From: Calditrichia bacterium
Lineage (GTDB): Bacteria; Calditrichota; Calditrichia; JAJRVZ01
NCBI GenBank assembly: GCA_963796965.1
Contig: CAWCNS010000008.1
Coordinates: 332,379-396,378, forward strand
DNA length: 64,000 nt
Direction: 5' to 3'
Each line of letters begins with the position of its first letter. Positions within the stretch are counted from its first letter, which is position 1. The notes under the pieces are model-generated. The model did not search any database. It was given only the letters and a program-made list of their open reading frames with translations, and had not been told where the DNA came from. The position numbers and the translations under genes were made by a program. This document shows positions 41,065 to 53,095 of the stretch, piece after piece.

Positions 41065-44000
41065 ATGGGTAACTTTTTTGTAAATCGACCAATCGTAGCC
41101 ATGGTCATTGCTATTATCATTGTTATTGTGGGTGCCGTATCGATGATCGGCCTGCCTATTGAACAATATCCGAACTTGACACCTCCGATCGTCCAGGTGA
41201 GGGCGACCTATACAGGTGCCAATGCCATTAATGTAGAAGAATCCGTTGCCACGCCATTAGAGCAGCAGATCAATGGCGTTGATAATATGATCTATATGAA
41301 ATCTACTAATGCCAATGATGGAACGATGGTCATTGATATTTCTTTCAATGTTGGAACCGATCCGGATATGAACACGGTTTTGGCTCAAAATCGTGTTTCA
41401 GCAGCGACAGCTAAGTTACCTGAAGAAGTTAAAAAGTATGGTGTTACAACTGAAAAGTCCATGGCGAATTTTTTATTGGTACTTACCCTCACCTCCGATG
41501 GACGATATGATCAGGATTTTCTTGGTAATTATGCTCTGATAAACATCAAAGATCAGCTGGCCCGTATAAAAGGTATCGGCAGGGTGAGCGTTTTGGGTGC
41601 TGCCGATTATTCTATGCGCATCTGGATAAAACCGGACCGACTTTCCCAAATGGGTATTACCGTTCCCGAGATATTAAATGCGATTAACCAACAAAATATC
41701 TTGTTCCCGGGGGTAAATTTGGTGCTGAACCTTCCCCACCTGGTACCGAGTTCACCTATACAGTGCGTCTTCCTGAACGGTTTAGTTCTCCGGAAGCTTT
41801 TGGTGAAATCGTAGTCAGAACATTAGAAGATGGTTCCCAGGTCAAATTGAAACATATCGCCTCGATTAATTTAGGTGTTGAAACTTATAATGCCTTTACC
41901 CGCTTTAATAAGGAAACATGTGCAATCATTGCCCTCTATCAGGCACCCGGTTCCAATGCCGTTGAACTCGCAGAAAATGTAATTCAGGAAATGGAAGTCC
42001 TGAAAAACAACTTCCCTGAGAGTGTTAAATATGATGTCGGCCTGGATTCGACAGCTCCCATCACGGCCGGTATTAAAGACATCATCGTCACCTTATTTAT
42101 TGCCCTGATTTTAGTCATCCTGGTTGTATTTATTTTTATACAGGATTGGCGGGCTACATTTATTCCGACTTTAGCCATTCCCGTGTCATTAATTGGCGCA
42201 TTTATGTTTTTTCCAATTCTTGGTTTCACCATTAATGTGCTCTCGTTGTTGGGATTGGTTTTAGCGATTGGAATTGTTGTTGATGATGCTATTGTTGTCG
42301 TAGAGGCCGTGCAGGTAAATATTGCCAAGGGGATGAGTACAAAAGATGCCACTAATGATGCGATGAGCAAAGTAACCGCACCGGTTATTGCCACCACATT
42401 AGTCCTTATCGCTGTGTTTATCCCCGTGGCCGGTATGGCTGGTATTACCGGTTTACTCTACCAGCAATTTGCTATCACAATTGTAGTCTCAGTGATTGTT
42501 TCTTCCGTAAATGCCCTCACACTAAGTCCTGCCTTATGTTCGATTTTACTAAAAAAACCAAAGCCTTATAAAGGTACTCTTAGGTAAAGGTTTTTGGGAA
42601 ATTTGACCAGGGAATGGAAAAGGCAACCGATTCATATATGAGTTTTACAAATATTGTTTCCCGTAAATTAAAAAGAGGGGTGATTTTTTTAATACTGATG
42701 ACTATCGGTGCTGTTATTTTTGGTAAGTTAGTACCAGGCGGATTTATCCCTGAAGAAGATATGTCCTATTTTTATGTTAATGTTCAATTGCCCGATGCCG
42801 CTTCATTACAAAGATCTGACGTAATTGCCAAAGAGGTCGAATCGATCATCTTGAGCCATCCTGAGGTTAAATATCTGACAAATGCCACAGGATTTAGTAT
42901 GTTTACTGGCGCTTATTCCTCCAACAATGGCTTTTTCTTTGTGACCCTGGTTGATTGGGGAGAAAGAAGTAGTACGGCCAAAGAAGTGGTTCAAAAACTT
43001 AATTATGATCTGGCAACTAAAATTAAGGGAGCCCGGGTTTTCGCTTTCGGCCCGCCAGCGATTCCAGGTCTGGGTAATGGTTCAGGATTTAGTATTATGA
43101 TTCAGGATCGGGCAGGAAACACACCGACTTATTTGGCAGAAAATACCCAAAATTTTATCCGGGCGGCTAATGCCAGGCCAGAAATTGGTGCGGCATTCAC
43201 AACCTTTCAGGCTTCGGTCCCTCAACGATTCATGAATATTGATAAAGAACGAGCGCTTAAATTTGGTGTGTCTTTGAATGATCTCTATACCACCGTTGGT
43301 GCCTTTATGGGTGGGGCCTATGTTAACGATTTTACGCGTTTTGGCCGGCTTTATAAAACATATATTCAGGCTGAACCACAATATCGTGTAGACGAAAAAC
43401 AAATAAATAATTTTTTTATAAAAGACAAAGATGGCAATATGGTTCCCTTGGCAACAATGGCCAGCATAACACCAATTTCAGGACCAGAATATACCAACAG
43501 ATTTAATTTATTTAGATCTATCGAAGTTATCGGTGCTCCGGCAGATGGTTATACTTCGGCAGACGCAATGACGGCCCTGGAAGAGGTTGCTGATCAAGTA
43601 CTGCCACCAGGCCTGTCCTATGCCTGGAACGCCATGTCCTTTCAGGAGAAAAAAGCATCGGGTTCACTTGGTATTATATTGACCTTCTCGCTATTATTTG
43701 TATTTCTTATTCTATCAGCACAATATGAAAGTTGGTCTCTTCCATTTAGTATTTTATTAGGCACACCATTCGCGATTTTTGGTGCTTTATTTGCCTTATG
43801 GGCAGCCCGGTTGTTTAGTCCTACATTTGAAAACAACATTTTTGCCCAGGTATCATTTGTAATGCTTATCGGAATGGCTGCCAAAAATGCCATATTGATT
43901 GTAGAGTTTGCCAACGAAGAATTTAAAAAAGGGCTTACCCTTTTCGATGCAGCTATTGGGGCAGCAAAGTCAAGATTCAGACCGATTTTAATGACAGCCT

Positions 44001-44203
44001 TTTCATTTATCCTGGGTGTATTTCCATTGGTAATCGCCTCGGGTTCTGGAGCCGAGGCCAGACAGGTCATGGGAATGGCCCTATTAGGTGGTATGACCTT
44101 AGCAACTGTCCTGGGTGTTTTTCTTTATCCGATGTTGTTTATTTTAATTGGTAAGATTGCCAAATATGAAGAAAAAAGAGATTTACAATCAGAAATTAAT
44201 TAG
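41065..44203 (+). CDS. HAE1-type RND efflux permease (AcrB family); frameshifts near 41700 and 42585
   Basis: FFVNRPIVA, QYP.LTPP, AIGIVVDDAIVVVE, AAKNAILIVEFA, RFRPILMT. Confidence 0.92.
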
Positions 44204-44294
44204 ACAGTAATCTCCTTGTACAATTACAGAAAGAATTAATAAAAATATATAAACAATAATTAATATTATTCCCAAATTAGGTCCTCTTTTAAAA

Positions 44295-45710
44295 ATGGTA
44301 ATGACAAAAAATATAAGAAATTTAACAATATTCTTAATTTTATTATTAATCACCAGTTGTGCTGTCGGACCGGATTTTCAAAAACCAGAAGTTGAAGCAC
44401 CAGTAGACTATGAGTATTCAAAAGTACTTCAGGTGGACTCTTCCTATGCCGACTCCCTTATCAATCTGCAATGGTGGAAATTATTTAATGATCCCCTGTT
44501 GGATACACTGGTTCATGTGGCTCTCCAAGATAATAAGAACATACTCATTGCTGCCAGCAGAATGGAACAAGCACGGGCATCACTTGGCTATGTCAAAGCC
44601 GATATTTATCCCAGATTAGATATCGAAGCAGGTGCTTCCCGCGGGAAATATGGCCGGAAGCATGCAGTTAGAGAGTACTGTAAATCAATTTTATATTGCC
44701 CCGGTATTAAACTGGGAGATAGATTTTTGGGGTAAATTTCGACGGGCAAATGAATCGGCCCGGGCTCAATTAGTCGCCTCACATTTTTCGTTTGCCACTG
44801 TCCAGATTGGCCTTATCTCTGAAGTCGTCAGTACATATTTTTTACTTCTTGACTTTTACCAGAGGTTGGAAATATCCAAACAAACTCTGGAATCACGCGA
44901 AAAGGGTCTCGATATTATTCAAAAGCGATACGATAAGGGGATTATCCCGGAGATTGATCTCAATCAGCTCAAATTCAGAAAGAAATTACTCTAACAGCTA
45001 TACCTTCTTATCAACGAGCTATTGTCCAGACAAAAAATGCATTAAGTATCCTACTCGGAAGGCTTCCTTACGATATTAAAGAAGGGGCCAAACTGAGAAC
45101 GCATACCATCCCGCCGGATATCCCGGTTGGATTACCCTCATCCTTACTTTTACGCAGACCGGATATTGCAGAATCAGAATTCTTACTTAAAGCCCAGAAT
45201 GCAAGAATCGGTGTTGCAACAGCAATGCTTTATCCATCTATCAACCTAACCGGTATTCTGGGTGTAGCCAGCGATGACTTGTCCACAATGAGCATCGGCA
45301 ATCCGTCCTGGTCCATTACAGGCGGTTTATTTGGCCCGCTCTTTAATTTTAACAAAAATACCCTTCGGATTGAAATTGAAGAAGAGAAGACCAAACAAGC
45401 TTTATACACGTATGAATATACAGTTATCAATGCCTTCAGAGAAGTGGAAGACGCCCTGATTGAGGTAGAAACGTTCAGAGACCAATTAGAATCCGTAGAC
45501 CGGAAATATAATGCGGCAAAGAATGCAGAAAGGCTCTCAACAGAACGCTACGATAAAGGTGTAACAAGTGATCTGGAAGTTCTTGAGATGCAACGGACCT
45601 TGTTCAATGTCAGCCTGGAACTCTCTGAAATTGAACAACGTTATCTGAATGCCTATGTAAAACTTTATAAGGTTCTGGGTGGCGGATGGATTTTTGAGGA
45701 AAAAGAATAA
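44295..45710 (+). CDS. Outer-membrane efflux factor lipoprotein (NodT/OprM family); frameshifted
   Basis: TSCAVGPDF lipobox, WWKLFND, WEIDFWG, PSSLLLRRPDI, LYKVLGGGW. Confidence 0.9.
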
Positions 45711-45723
45711 TCCGTTAAGATTG

Positions 45724-46297
45724 ATGATGGAATTCGATGATATCATACAAAAACGCAAAGATGGTAATGCACGTTTTGTTTCTGATAATCTGGAAAATAA
45801 AGGACAGGATTCAAAACAGAGAGAACTATTAATCAGCGGACAATCCCCCCGGGCAATTATTCTTGGGTGTTCCGATAGCCGTGTGGTCCCGGAACTTATT
45901 TTTGATACTGGTTTAGGAGAACTCTTTACCGTTCGCGTTGCCGGAAATATTGCGGATTCGGCTTCAATAGCGAGTATTGAATTTGCTGTTGCTCAATTAA
46001 ATGTGGGTATCATCATTGTTTTAGGTCATGATGACTGTGGGGCAGTAACAGCAGCAATTGCCGGTGGTGATGCCGGCTACCACTTAAATCTCCTCATGGA
46101 CCATATTTTACCTGCTATAGAAATTCATGAAGGATAAGGATATAAACAGCATTATCAAAAAAAATGCAGAACTTTCTGCTCACGATTTAGCGAAAAGATC
46201 TTCTATCCTTTCTGAGGCGGTAACAAAGGGTGAACTTAAAATCCTTCCCGCCTAATATCACCTCGATAGTGGAAAAGTCGAATTCATGAATACTTAA
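45724..46297 (+). CDS. Beta-class carbonic anhydrase; frameshift near 46135 and in-frame TAA near 46253
   Basis: GNARF, GCSDSRV, RVAGN, GHDDCGAV; C-terminal LPA*YHLDSGKVEF. Confidence 0.85.
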
Positions 46298-46388
46298 CCA
46301 ATTCACCTATAATGCATCCTCTAGGAGGATGGAGATTTTTTTCAGCACGCATGTTATAATATATAACGGTCCACATGTTTTGAGAATT

Positions 46389-46850
46389 TTAATCATAAAA
46401 TTCAAACAAATACTTATCATCATATTTGATCCTGAATTTTTCTAGAAAATCTGTAAATTCCTCCTGGAAGGTTCTGTTCTGATGATGCTGCTGTTGTCTT
46501 TCAATATATTTCTTAACCTTTTCCATATGTGATTTTGAATAGGAAAAAGCGCCATATCCTCTTTGCCAATGAAATTTTCCCTTTATCCATTTATTATCAT
46601 TAATGAATTTTGAAGATATTGATTTTATTTCCTGGATCAATTTAGAGATTGAGTAGTTTGGATTTAAACTAATTAAAATATGAATATGGTCCGGTGTGTT
46701 ATTTATTGCCACTAAGATTGACTTTCTCTTTTCTACAATACCTCTAATATATTTTTGCAATTCCGCATTATGCTTTGATGGTAAAAAGTTTTCTCTTCCA
46801 TTAACTGTAAATACGTATTGAATATAAATTTGTGTATATGAATTTGCCAT
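46389..46850 (-). mobile_element. tnpA: IS200/IS605-family TnpA (Y1 HUH transposase), no tnpB
   Basis: YTQIYIQYVF, DHIHIL (HUH), KSISSK, WQRGYGAFS, KKYIERQ (catalytic Tyr). Confidence 0.9.
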
Positions 46851-47108
46851 GATATTATCCTGATATTGTATTAAGAAATATAAATTATATTGTTATTTGG
46901 ACACCAATTAACTCAAATTGGATTTTCAGATGGAACATGTCAGTTTAGGAACTTACAATTTTTATGCCAGATAACTCAATATTCAGATGGCTCCGTAAGT
47001 TGGTATGAGAATAGCGTGATATAGGATATATTGGATATAAAATTTGGAAAAAATTCAATAAAAAATGATCTAAATACACACATCTGTTCTAATATGATTT
47101 TTCGTTTG

Positions 47109-47450
47109 GGTCTTCCCTATGGGACTAAATTTTTGATGATTGTTCCCAAAACCCCTACCGTCCGGGGCTACTATTGGGCCATGCCTAGGGCATTTGGATT
47201 AATCACTAAATCCATTGGCGTTTCCCTGTTTAATCTAACCTAATTGTCTAGCGGGTTACTCTGCGGATAAAATTTTATGATCGCTGGTTCCTATACCCAA
47301 GACTGCCATTCGGAACAAATAGACAATATCTGCGGAGTTAGTTATGTCATCAAATACATGAATGCCATAGGCATGACCCAATAGTAGCCCTGGATGGAAA
47401 TCCAGGGAAATTAGGCAATATAAAGAATCTGAAATCCCGTAGGGATGACC
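47109..47450. repeat. Long (about 85-90 bp arms) imperfect inverted repeat with nested hairpins, upstream of tnpA
   Basis: 47109-47194 GGTCTTCCCTATGGGA..GGGCTACTATTGGGCCATGCCTAGGGCATT versus 47361-47450 AATGCCATAGGCATGACCCAATAGTAGCCC..TCCCGTAGGGATGACC. Confidence 0.8.
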
Positions 47451-47554
47451 TAATTAATTCATCCATTAGTTAAATCACAATCTGGATCGTATCATTATTT
47501 TTGGCTCATTAGCATCCCGTATCTCGTACCTTGAATCCCAGATCTCCAATCCCA

Positions 47555-49918
47555 TTACTGATTTGCTTTACCCCGAATCTCCTGCAAGAGCTGGGAATAG
47601 GAGGGATTGTCTGGTGATAGATCAACTAATTGCCGACCATATTTTAAAGCTTTTCTCATATCCCCACGATCCCGGCATATCGTTGCCAAGCCATACAAGA
47701 TATCTATGTTATTAGGATCTAATTTATAGGCATCTTCTAAAATTTGTATTGCTTTATCATGGTTTCCGGTCTGTAATACGGCTAAGGCCCAATAATATTT
47801 TCTTTCTATATTATTCGGCTCAAGTTCAGCTGCTTTTTGAATAGCGGCTAAAGCCTCTCCCCTCTTTTTCAAACGCGTAAGTACAAGTCCATAAGAATGA
47901 TAGAGATCCGCCGATCCAGAATTTCTTCTAATCGCTTCACGAAGAAGTACTTCACCCTTAACATCCTGTTTTGTCTGACGATAGAGATCCGACAAATTAA
48001 TATAGGTATACACATAAGCCGGTTCGAGGGCGATGGCCCGTTTATAGACTTCTTCCGCTTCTTTTAACTTTCCTTGTCGTGTATAAACAACACCAAGATT
48101 AACTAATGCTGAAGGACGGTCAGAATTAAATTTTTGAACCTGGATATATTCCTCTAAAGCCTCATTTAAAGAAGCACGGTCAAAAGCAGTCATTGATTGG
48201 AGAGGGACATCAGATAATATATAGGCCGCCTGAATTCGAACTGATTTAACCGGATCCTGCAAAAGGTTTTTCGCTAACGTGAATTTTTCGTTTACATTGT
48301 AATTTTCCAACGCACTTATGGCAGCTAACCGTATTAATGGATCTTTATCATATAATTTTACCCCGATGGTTTCGTATGCCATTTGGCCTGGAAATCTTTG
48401 TAGTAAATTCAGAGCAGTCGCCTTAACCATATCTGGCTGTTCTTCATCTCTTATCAAGATAAGTAATACCGCGGCAGCACCGGTTTCCCCGGTCTGAGCG
48501 GCAAGAACAATTTCTCCGAAATGCTCTCTTTCCAAAAACTTTTTCCCATACCACTTCACCATATAGTCGGTTGCCCAACGATTATTTTTATCCTTATGGC
48601 ATTGGATACATGCGTTAGGTGTTCCTAATTTTTCGGATAAATCGGGACGTGGTATCCGGATACTGTGATCTCGTCGGGGGTCGACAACCATATAGGTTCT
48701 TTCCGGCATGTGGCAATCACGGCAACTACCTCCGGTACTATCCGGTTTATGAAAATGATGGGCCGGTACATCAAATTTTTGGGGTAAATGACAACGAAAA
48801 CAAAGGGAATTATCATCGCTAAACACTTTAGCACTATGAGGCTCATGGCAGTCGCTGCAGACAACCCCCTTTTCAAACATCTTACTTTGTAAAAATGAAT
48901 GATAAACATAAACCTCTTCAAGTATTTGTCCATCCGGGAAGTAGAGGCGTTCATCTATAAAAGGCAGACGATGTGTATTTAAAATTGATTTGCCGTGAAC
49001 AAAATCATCTGTCAATTGAGATCTTCGTGAATGACAGAGTGCGCAGGTTTCGATCTGTGCGCGTGTACTTGAAGGTACGGTTCTCTCAGCTGTCCCTTTT
49101 TCCATATCTCTAAACACCCAGGTTCCGCCACTTAAATCCTTCAGGCGTACCTTTAAACCCATATTACCCTCAGCAGAGATCCTATTTTCCTTTTCCTGAA
49201 TTTCGGCCCATTTTACATGTGCCCGACCAGGGCCATGGCACATTTCACAGGAAACATCAATTTCTGAGAAAGTTGTATGATAGGAATCCGTCTGATAGTC
49301 ATAATTCTTTTTCACGTTTGTCGAATGACATTCCGCACACATATAATTCCATGTCTGATTCATCCTTGTCCAAAAAAGAATGTCATTCGGAGGAATCCGC
49401 TCATCCGGGTATATATGATACCAGCGTTGTCCCCCCTGCTCTTTTGGACGTGTATCCCAACATAATGGCAAAGTCTGTAGACGACCATCCGGAAATTTAA
49501 CAAGATATTGTTGTAGAGGTCTTACCCCAAATGTGTAGGTTATTTTATAATCATGATTTTTTCCGTCCTCGCCTTCTGTATTTACATAATAGATATCATC
49601 TTCGATAAAGAAGCGTGAGGTTACCCCATACCAGGTAAAAGTGGCATTTTCAAAGTCTCCTAATACGGTCGTATCGCTGGCAATCTGCATGGCAAGATCA
49701 TGATCTGAATTCTTCCACAGGTTGTATTCTTTCTGGTGACAGGGTACACAGGCTTGCCTGCCAACATAATCGTTTGGGGTTGAACTGATAGTTGAGGTTA
49801 CAGATTTAGATTCCGGATATGCGATAGGAGATTCCTTATCATCGTTTAATAGCATAAAAAAAATAATTATTAGAATGAGAGTTGCCAAAGAAATGTAGAT
49901 TATATATCTTTTATTCAT
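47555..49918 (-). CDS. Membrane-anchored octaheme cytochrome c with HEAT and TPR repeats
   Basis: Eight CxxCH motifs (CVPCH, CAECH, CEMCH, CALCH, CSDCH, CFRCH, CRDCH, CIQCH); RRDHS; C-terminal TPRs. Confidence 0.88.
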   Translation of the reverse strand: MNKRYIIYISLATLILIIIFFMLLNDDKESPIAYPESKSVTSTISSTPNDYVGRQACVPCHQKEYNLWKNSDHDLAMQIASDTTVLGDFENATFTWYGVTSRFFIEDDIYYVNTEGEDGKNHDYKITYTFGVRPLQQYLVKFPDGRLQTLPLCWDTRPKEQGGQRWYHIYPDERIPPNDILFWTRMNQTWNYMCAECHSTNVKKNYDYQTDSYHTTFSEIDVSCEMCHGPGRAHVKWAEIQEKENRISAEGNMGLKVRLKDLSGGTWVFRDMEKGTAERTVPSSTRAQIETCALCHSRRSQLTDDFVHGKSILNTHRLPFIDERLYFPDGQILEEVYVYHSFLQSKMFEKGVVCSDCHEPHSAKVFSDDNSLCFRCHLPQKFDVPAHHFHKPDSTGGSCRDCHMPERTYMVVDPRRDHSIRIPRPDLSEKLGTPNACIQCHKDKNNRWATDYMVKWYGKKFLEREHFGEIVLAAQTGETGAAAVLLILIRDEEQPDMVKATALNLLQRFPGQMAYETIGVKLYDKDPLIRLAAISALENYNVNEKFTLAKNLLQDPVKSVRIQAAYILSDVPLQSMTAFDRASLNEALEEYIQVQKFNSDRPSALVNLGVVYTRQGKLKEAEEVYKRAIALEPAYVYTYINLSDLYRQTKQDVKGEVLLREAIRRNSGSADLYHSYGLVLTRLKKRGEALAAIQKAAELEPNNIERKYYWALAVLQTGNHDKAIQILEDAYKLDPNNIDILYGLATICRDRGDMRKALKYGRQLVDLSPDNPSYSQLLQEIRGKANQ

Positions 49919-49948
49919 AGGGGGCTTTAATCCTCGCTGTTGTAAGTA

Positions 49949-50704
49949 TTACCTCTTCAAAAAAACAAAGGCATGATCTTCAAAATCTGACAGATTCACA
50001 AATTGACCATAATTATTATAGAACTTCTCTTCAAATCCCAGATCAGCCATCTTCTTCCGGAGGTCATCATCGGTAATACCCCACTGCCAGATATTATGAA
50101 CATCTTTCCAGGGTTTTTGATATTCCGGATGAATTTCATCTTTATGATTATAAATATAGTCATAAAAATCATCACTTCTCCTTGGTACTAGATTAATGTA
50201 TTCGTCCAGAGGAAGATCTGTAAGCCTGATGGTTTTTTGAGAGGTACATATCTGCTGATTGAAAATAATGAAGCAATTCGTAATAGATGCGTATTTTTCC
50301 AATATTTTATCCCAATCAGGATTAACCTGATGTAATAAAACGTCAAATAAAAAAACAATATCAAGTTTAGCAATTTTCTGTACAACTTCATCACCACTAA
50401 AATCATCTTTGATCATGGTCAGATTTTGATATTTTCTAAGATGATTAGTTACTGATGGCGAAAAATTTGTATCGACAAGAAATGCCCTCTTAATATTATA
50501 GTTTTTTAAGGTATACCTGGTATAGGCTGCATTGACACGCCATACGCCTCCCAAATCAGCGAATGACTCCGGGTTGTTTAATATTTTTTCAATTGTAAGG
50601 TCTATTAATCTAAATTTATTTCTATTCACATAAAGGTTATAACCTTGTAATAGATTGGGTGCATTGTAAATTATTTTTTTTAATACTCTTATGGATTCCA
50701 TCAA
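49949..50704 (-). CDS. Hypothetical protein, possibly class I SAM-dependent methyltransferase-like
   Basis: SFADLGGVW, DIVFLFDVLLHQ resemble methyltransferase motifs I and IV. Confidence 0.5.
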   Translation of the reverse strand: MMESIRVLKKIIYNAPNLLQGYNLYVNRNKFRLIDLTIEKILNNPESFADLGGVWRVNAAYTRYTLKNYNIKRAFLVDTNFSPSVTNHLRKYQNLTMIKDDFSGDEVVQKIAKLDIVFLFDVLLHQVNPDWDKILEKYASITNCFIIFNQQICTSQKTIRLTDLPLDEYINLVPRRSDDFYDYIYNHKDEIHPEYQKPWKDVHNIWQWGITDDDLRKKMADLGFEEKFYNNYGQFVNLSDFEDHAFVFLKR

Positions 50705-50839
50705 TTAAGCTCATTCATTATTTTGATTACCTTCTGATACTAAGAGGAAATGTAAAAAAAAAGACGTATTAATCTTGAGAATTTTATATCTTGTGTATAA
50801 TATCAGTAAATATATACCAGGAAAAAGGTGGGGAAAGTT

Positions 50840-51274
50840 ATGAAACGCCGCGATTTTCTAAATAAATTTACAGTTGGCACTGTTGCCGGGGCCAGTATTA
50901 TTACAGCTGCTGCAACCATTGGAGAAATTCTTCCACCGCCAACCGCCTCATACAATAAAATTAAATTGGGTCTAATGGATGATTTTCCGCTGAATGACTT
51001 TACCTTTATACCAAAAAAAAAGATTTATATCTATAGAACCAGACAATATATAAGAGCTATTTCAGGTGTTTGCACACATCTTGGCTGCACTATCAATAAA
51101 TCAGAGAAAGGTTTTAAATGTCCTTGCCATGGTTCACATTTTGATAAATTAGGTACGCCCTATTCCGGACCGGCCTCCAGGCCATTAGATCGTTATAAAG
51201 TTTCACTAGATAATCGGGGCCAGATAACTGTAAACCTTGGACAGACGGTCGACACGGATTTAGAGATAGGTTAG
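50840..51274 (+). CDS. Rieske [2Fe-2S] subunit with Tat signal
   Basis: MKRRDFL twin-arginine; CTHLGC and CPCHGSHF. Confidence 0.92.
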   Translation: MKRRDFLNKFTVGTVAGASIITAAATIGEILPPPTASYNKIKLGLMDDFPLNDFTFIPKKKIYIYRTRQYIRAISGVCTHLGCTINKSEKGFKCPCHGSHFDKLGTPYSGPASRPLDRYKVSLDNRGQITVNLGQTVDTDLEIG

Positions 51275-51517
51275 CATAGACGTTTGTCCACGAATTACAC
51301 GAATTATGACAAATTTCACTAATTAGATTAGCCTGATAATTTATTCCAGAGGCACGAAAAAAGATTAAGGATGTAAGATTAAAGATTAAAACCAGGTATT
51401 ATTCTCAAGCATGATTATACTGAGATCTTATTTCTTTCATCTTCAATCTTTGATCTTATATTATCCGCGTTTTAATGTCTTTGCCGGAGAACTTAATAAT
51501 AGGAACAGCGTTCAGTA

Positions 51518-52897
51518 ATGTTTACTAGATCACCACAACCAGCGGGAAGTAAAGCACGAATCAGGGCGATTACAAAGAACTTTTTTCTTCACTTTCATTC
51601 CCCAAAAATACATGCATATACCTTAAATCCTGGATTTACTCTGGGCCTAGGCGTTATCAATTTTACACTCTTTTTTATTCTTTTGTTTAGCGGTATCCTT
51701 TTGATGATCTATTATAAACCATCAGTAGAGCAAGCCTATCTCTCGATTCTCGACATTAATAATGTGGTATTGGGAGGGCGGTATATTCGAAACATTCACC
51801 GCTGGGCTGCCCACGGTCTGGTATTTATAGCGATGCTTCATATGTGTCGTACATTTTATATGGCCTCCTATTCCGGTCAGCAGCGTGTAACCTGGAACCT
51901 GGGTGTTGGCCTGTTACTTACCACTCTTTTTGCCAGTTTTAGCGGCTATTTATTACCTTGGGATCAACTGGGATTTTGGGCTGTAACGATTGCCTCCAAT
52001 ATTCTGGGATCAACACGAGAGTTCACAGATATCTTCGGAATTACAACCTACATCGATCCTGGATTGATTTTAAAAAAGGTCTTCCTTGGGGCTGCAGACT
52101 TAGAGCAGTCGGCATTAATCCGTTTTTATATGTTGCATATCGTCTTACTACCGTTACTCTTTTTCCTGTTAATGGGCCTTCATTTCTGGAAAATTCGAAA
52201 GAACAAGGGATTAAACCTTCCCCAGGACGCAAATAAACGTATCCATTCTAAAATGGATCCTGATCAACAGGACATGAGTTCTGAAGCCTATGATCCCAAT
52301 CTTCTGAGTTGGCCGACTGCACTTTGGGCAGAAATTGCTATTATCATGATCACCCTGGCTATACTTTTCGTATTTGCCCTGATAATTGATGCACCATTAA
52401 AAGAAATGGCTAATTCAGCAATGCCCGAAAATCCGGCAAAAGCACCCTGGTATTTCCTGGGTGTTCAGGAGCTGGTTTCCTATTCAGCTTTTGGTGGAGG
52501 AATTCTGGTCCCTTTAACCGTTATATTTTTTCTTTTTGCAATACCCTATTTTGATACAGATGAAGGAAAAGTGGGGATCTGGTTTACAAATGGCACAGGT
52601 TTAAAATTAACAGTAATTTCAGGGATTGTAGCTCTGCTTATCAATATGGTAATGCAGGCTATCCTGATCAATTTCGGTTGGATTAGGGGCATACCCTATT
52701 GGCTATTGATCATTATAAATCCAGGTTTAATTCTGAGTATAATATTTGGGCTTTTATCTTTGACGGTTTACAGATACACAAAATCTGCAAGGATGGCTGT
52801 CATGGCTCTGTTTACGACGATTCTTATCAGCTATACCTTTTTTACAATTATTGGAATCTGGTTCCGCGGACCGGATTGGCAATTTATGTTGTTTTAA
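51518..52897 (+). CDS. Cytochrome b (b6-like N-terminus fused to subunit IV-like C-terminus) of a Rieske/cytb complex
   Basis: IHRWAAH..MLH, SGYLLPWDQ, RFYMLH..GLH, PENPAKAPWYFLG. Confidence 0.92.
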   Translation: MFTRSPQPAGSKARIRAITKNFFLHFHSPKIHAYTLNPGFTLGLGVINFTLFFILLFSGILLMIYYKPSVEQAYLSILDINNVVLGGRYIRNIHRWAAHGLVFIAMLHMCRTFYMASYSGQQRVTWNLGVGLLLTTLFASFSGYLLPWDQLGFWAVTIASNILGSTREFTDIFGITTYIDPGLILKKVFLGAADLEQSALIRFYMLHIVLLPLLFFLLMGLHFWKIRKNKGLNLPQDANKRIHSKMDPDQQDMSSEAYDPNLLSWPTALWAEIAIIMITLAILFVFALIIDAPLKEMANSAMPENPAKAPWYFLGVQELVSYSAFGGGILVPLTVIFFLFAIPYFDTDEGKVGIWFTNGTGLKLTVISGIVALLINMVMQAILINFGWIRGIPYWLLIIINPGLILSIIFGLLSLTVYRYTKSARMAVMALFTTILISYTFFTIIGIWFRGPDWQFMLF

Positions 52898-52910
52898 AAT
52901 ATCATTCATA

Positions 52911-53028
52911 GGGGCTGTTGCAGTATCGGTTCATTTGTACAATTCTTGGTGTAGTAAGGACCTGTTTCCCCCTTGGAAAAGGGGGACTAATCCCGTCCTA
53001 CGGGACTAACCCCCTTTCAAAGGGGGAA
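52911..53028. mobile_element. Partial copy of the MITE (left TIR only) with family D palindromes
   Basis: GGGGCTGTTGCAGTATC at 52911; TTCCCCCTTGGAAAAGGGGGA and CCCCCTTTCAAAGGGGGAA; nested TCCCGTCCTACGGGA. Confidence 0.65.
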
Positions 53029-53095
53029 TTAAACCCTCGGTTTTATGTAAGTTAATCAAGTTAGCCTTAGATTTAAAATTTGTCAGGTATCATTA

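Noticed and set aside
33555..46260. Stop-codon readthrough, alternative genetic code or programmed frameshifting
   Set aside because: Breaks in zwf, RND, GT and others need frame changes at unrelated contexts; only one isolated in-frame TAA (carbonic anhydrase) was seen; TAA, TAG and TGA all end intact genes
46851..47554. tnpB/IscB or omegaRNA next to tnpA
   Set aside because: No RuvC or Zn-finger ORF remnant is detectable in the spacer; only inverted repeats are seen
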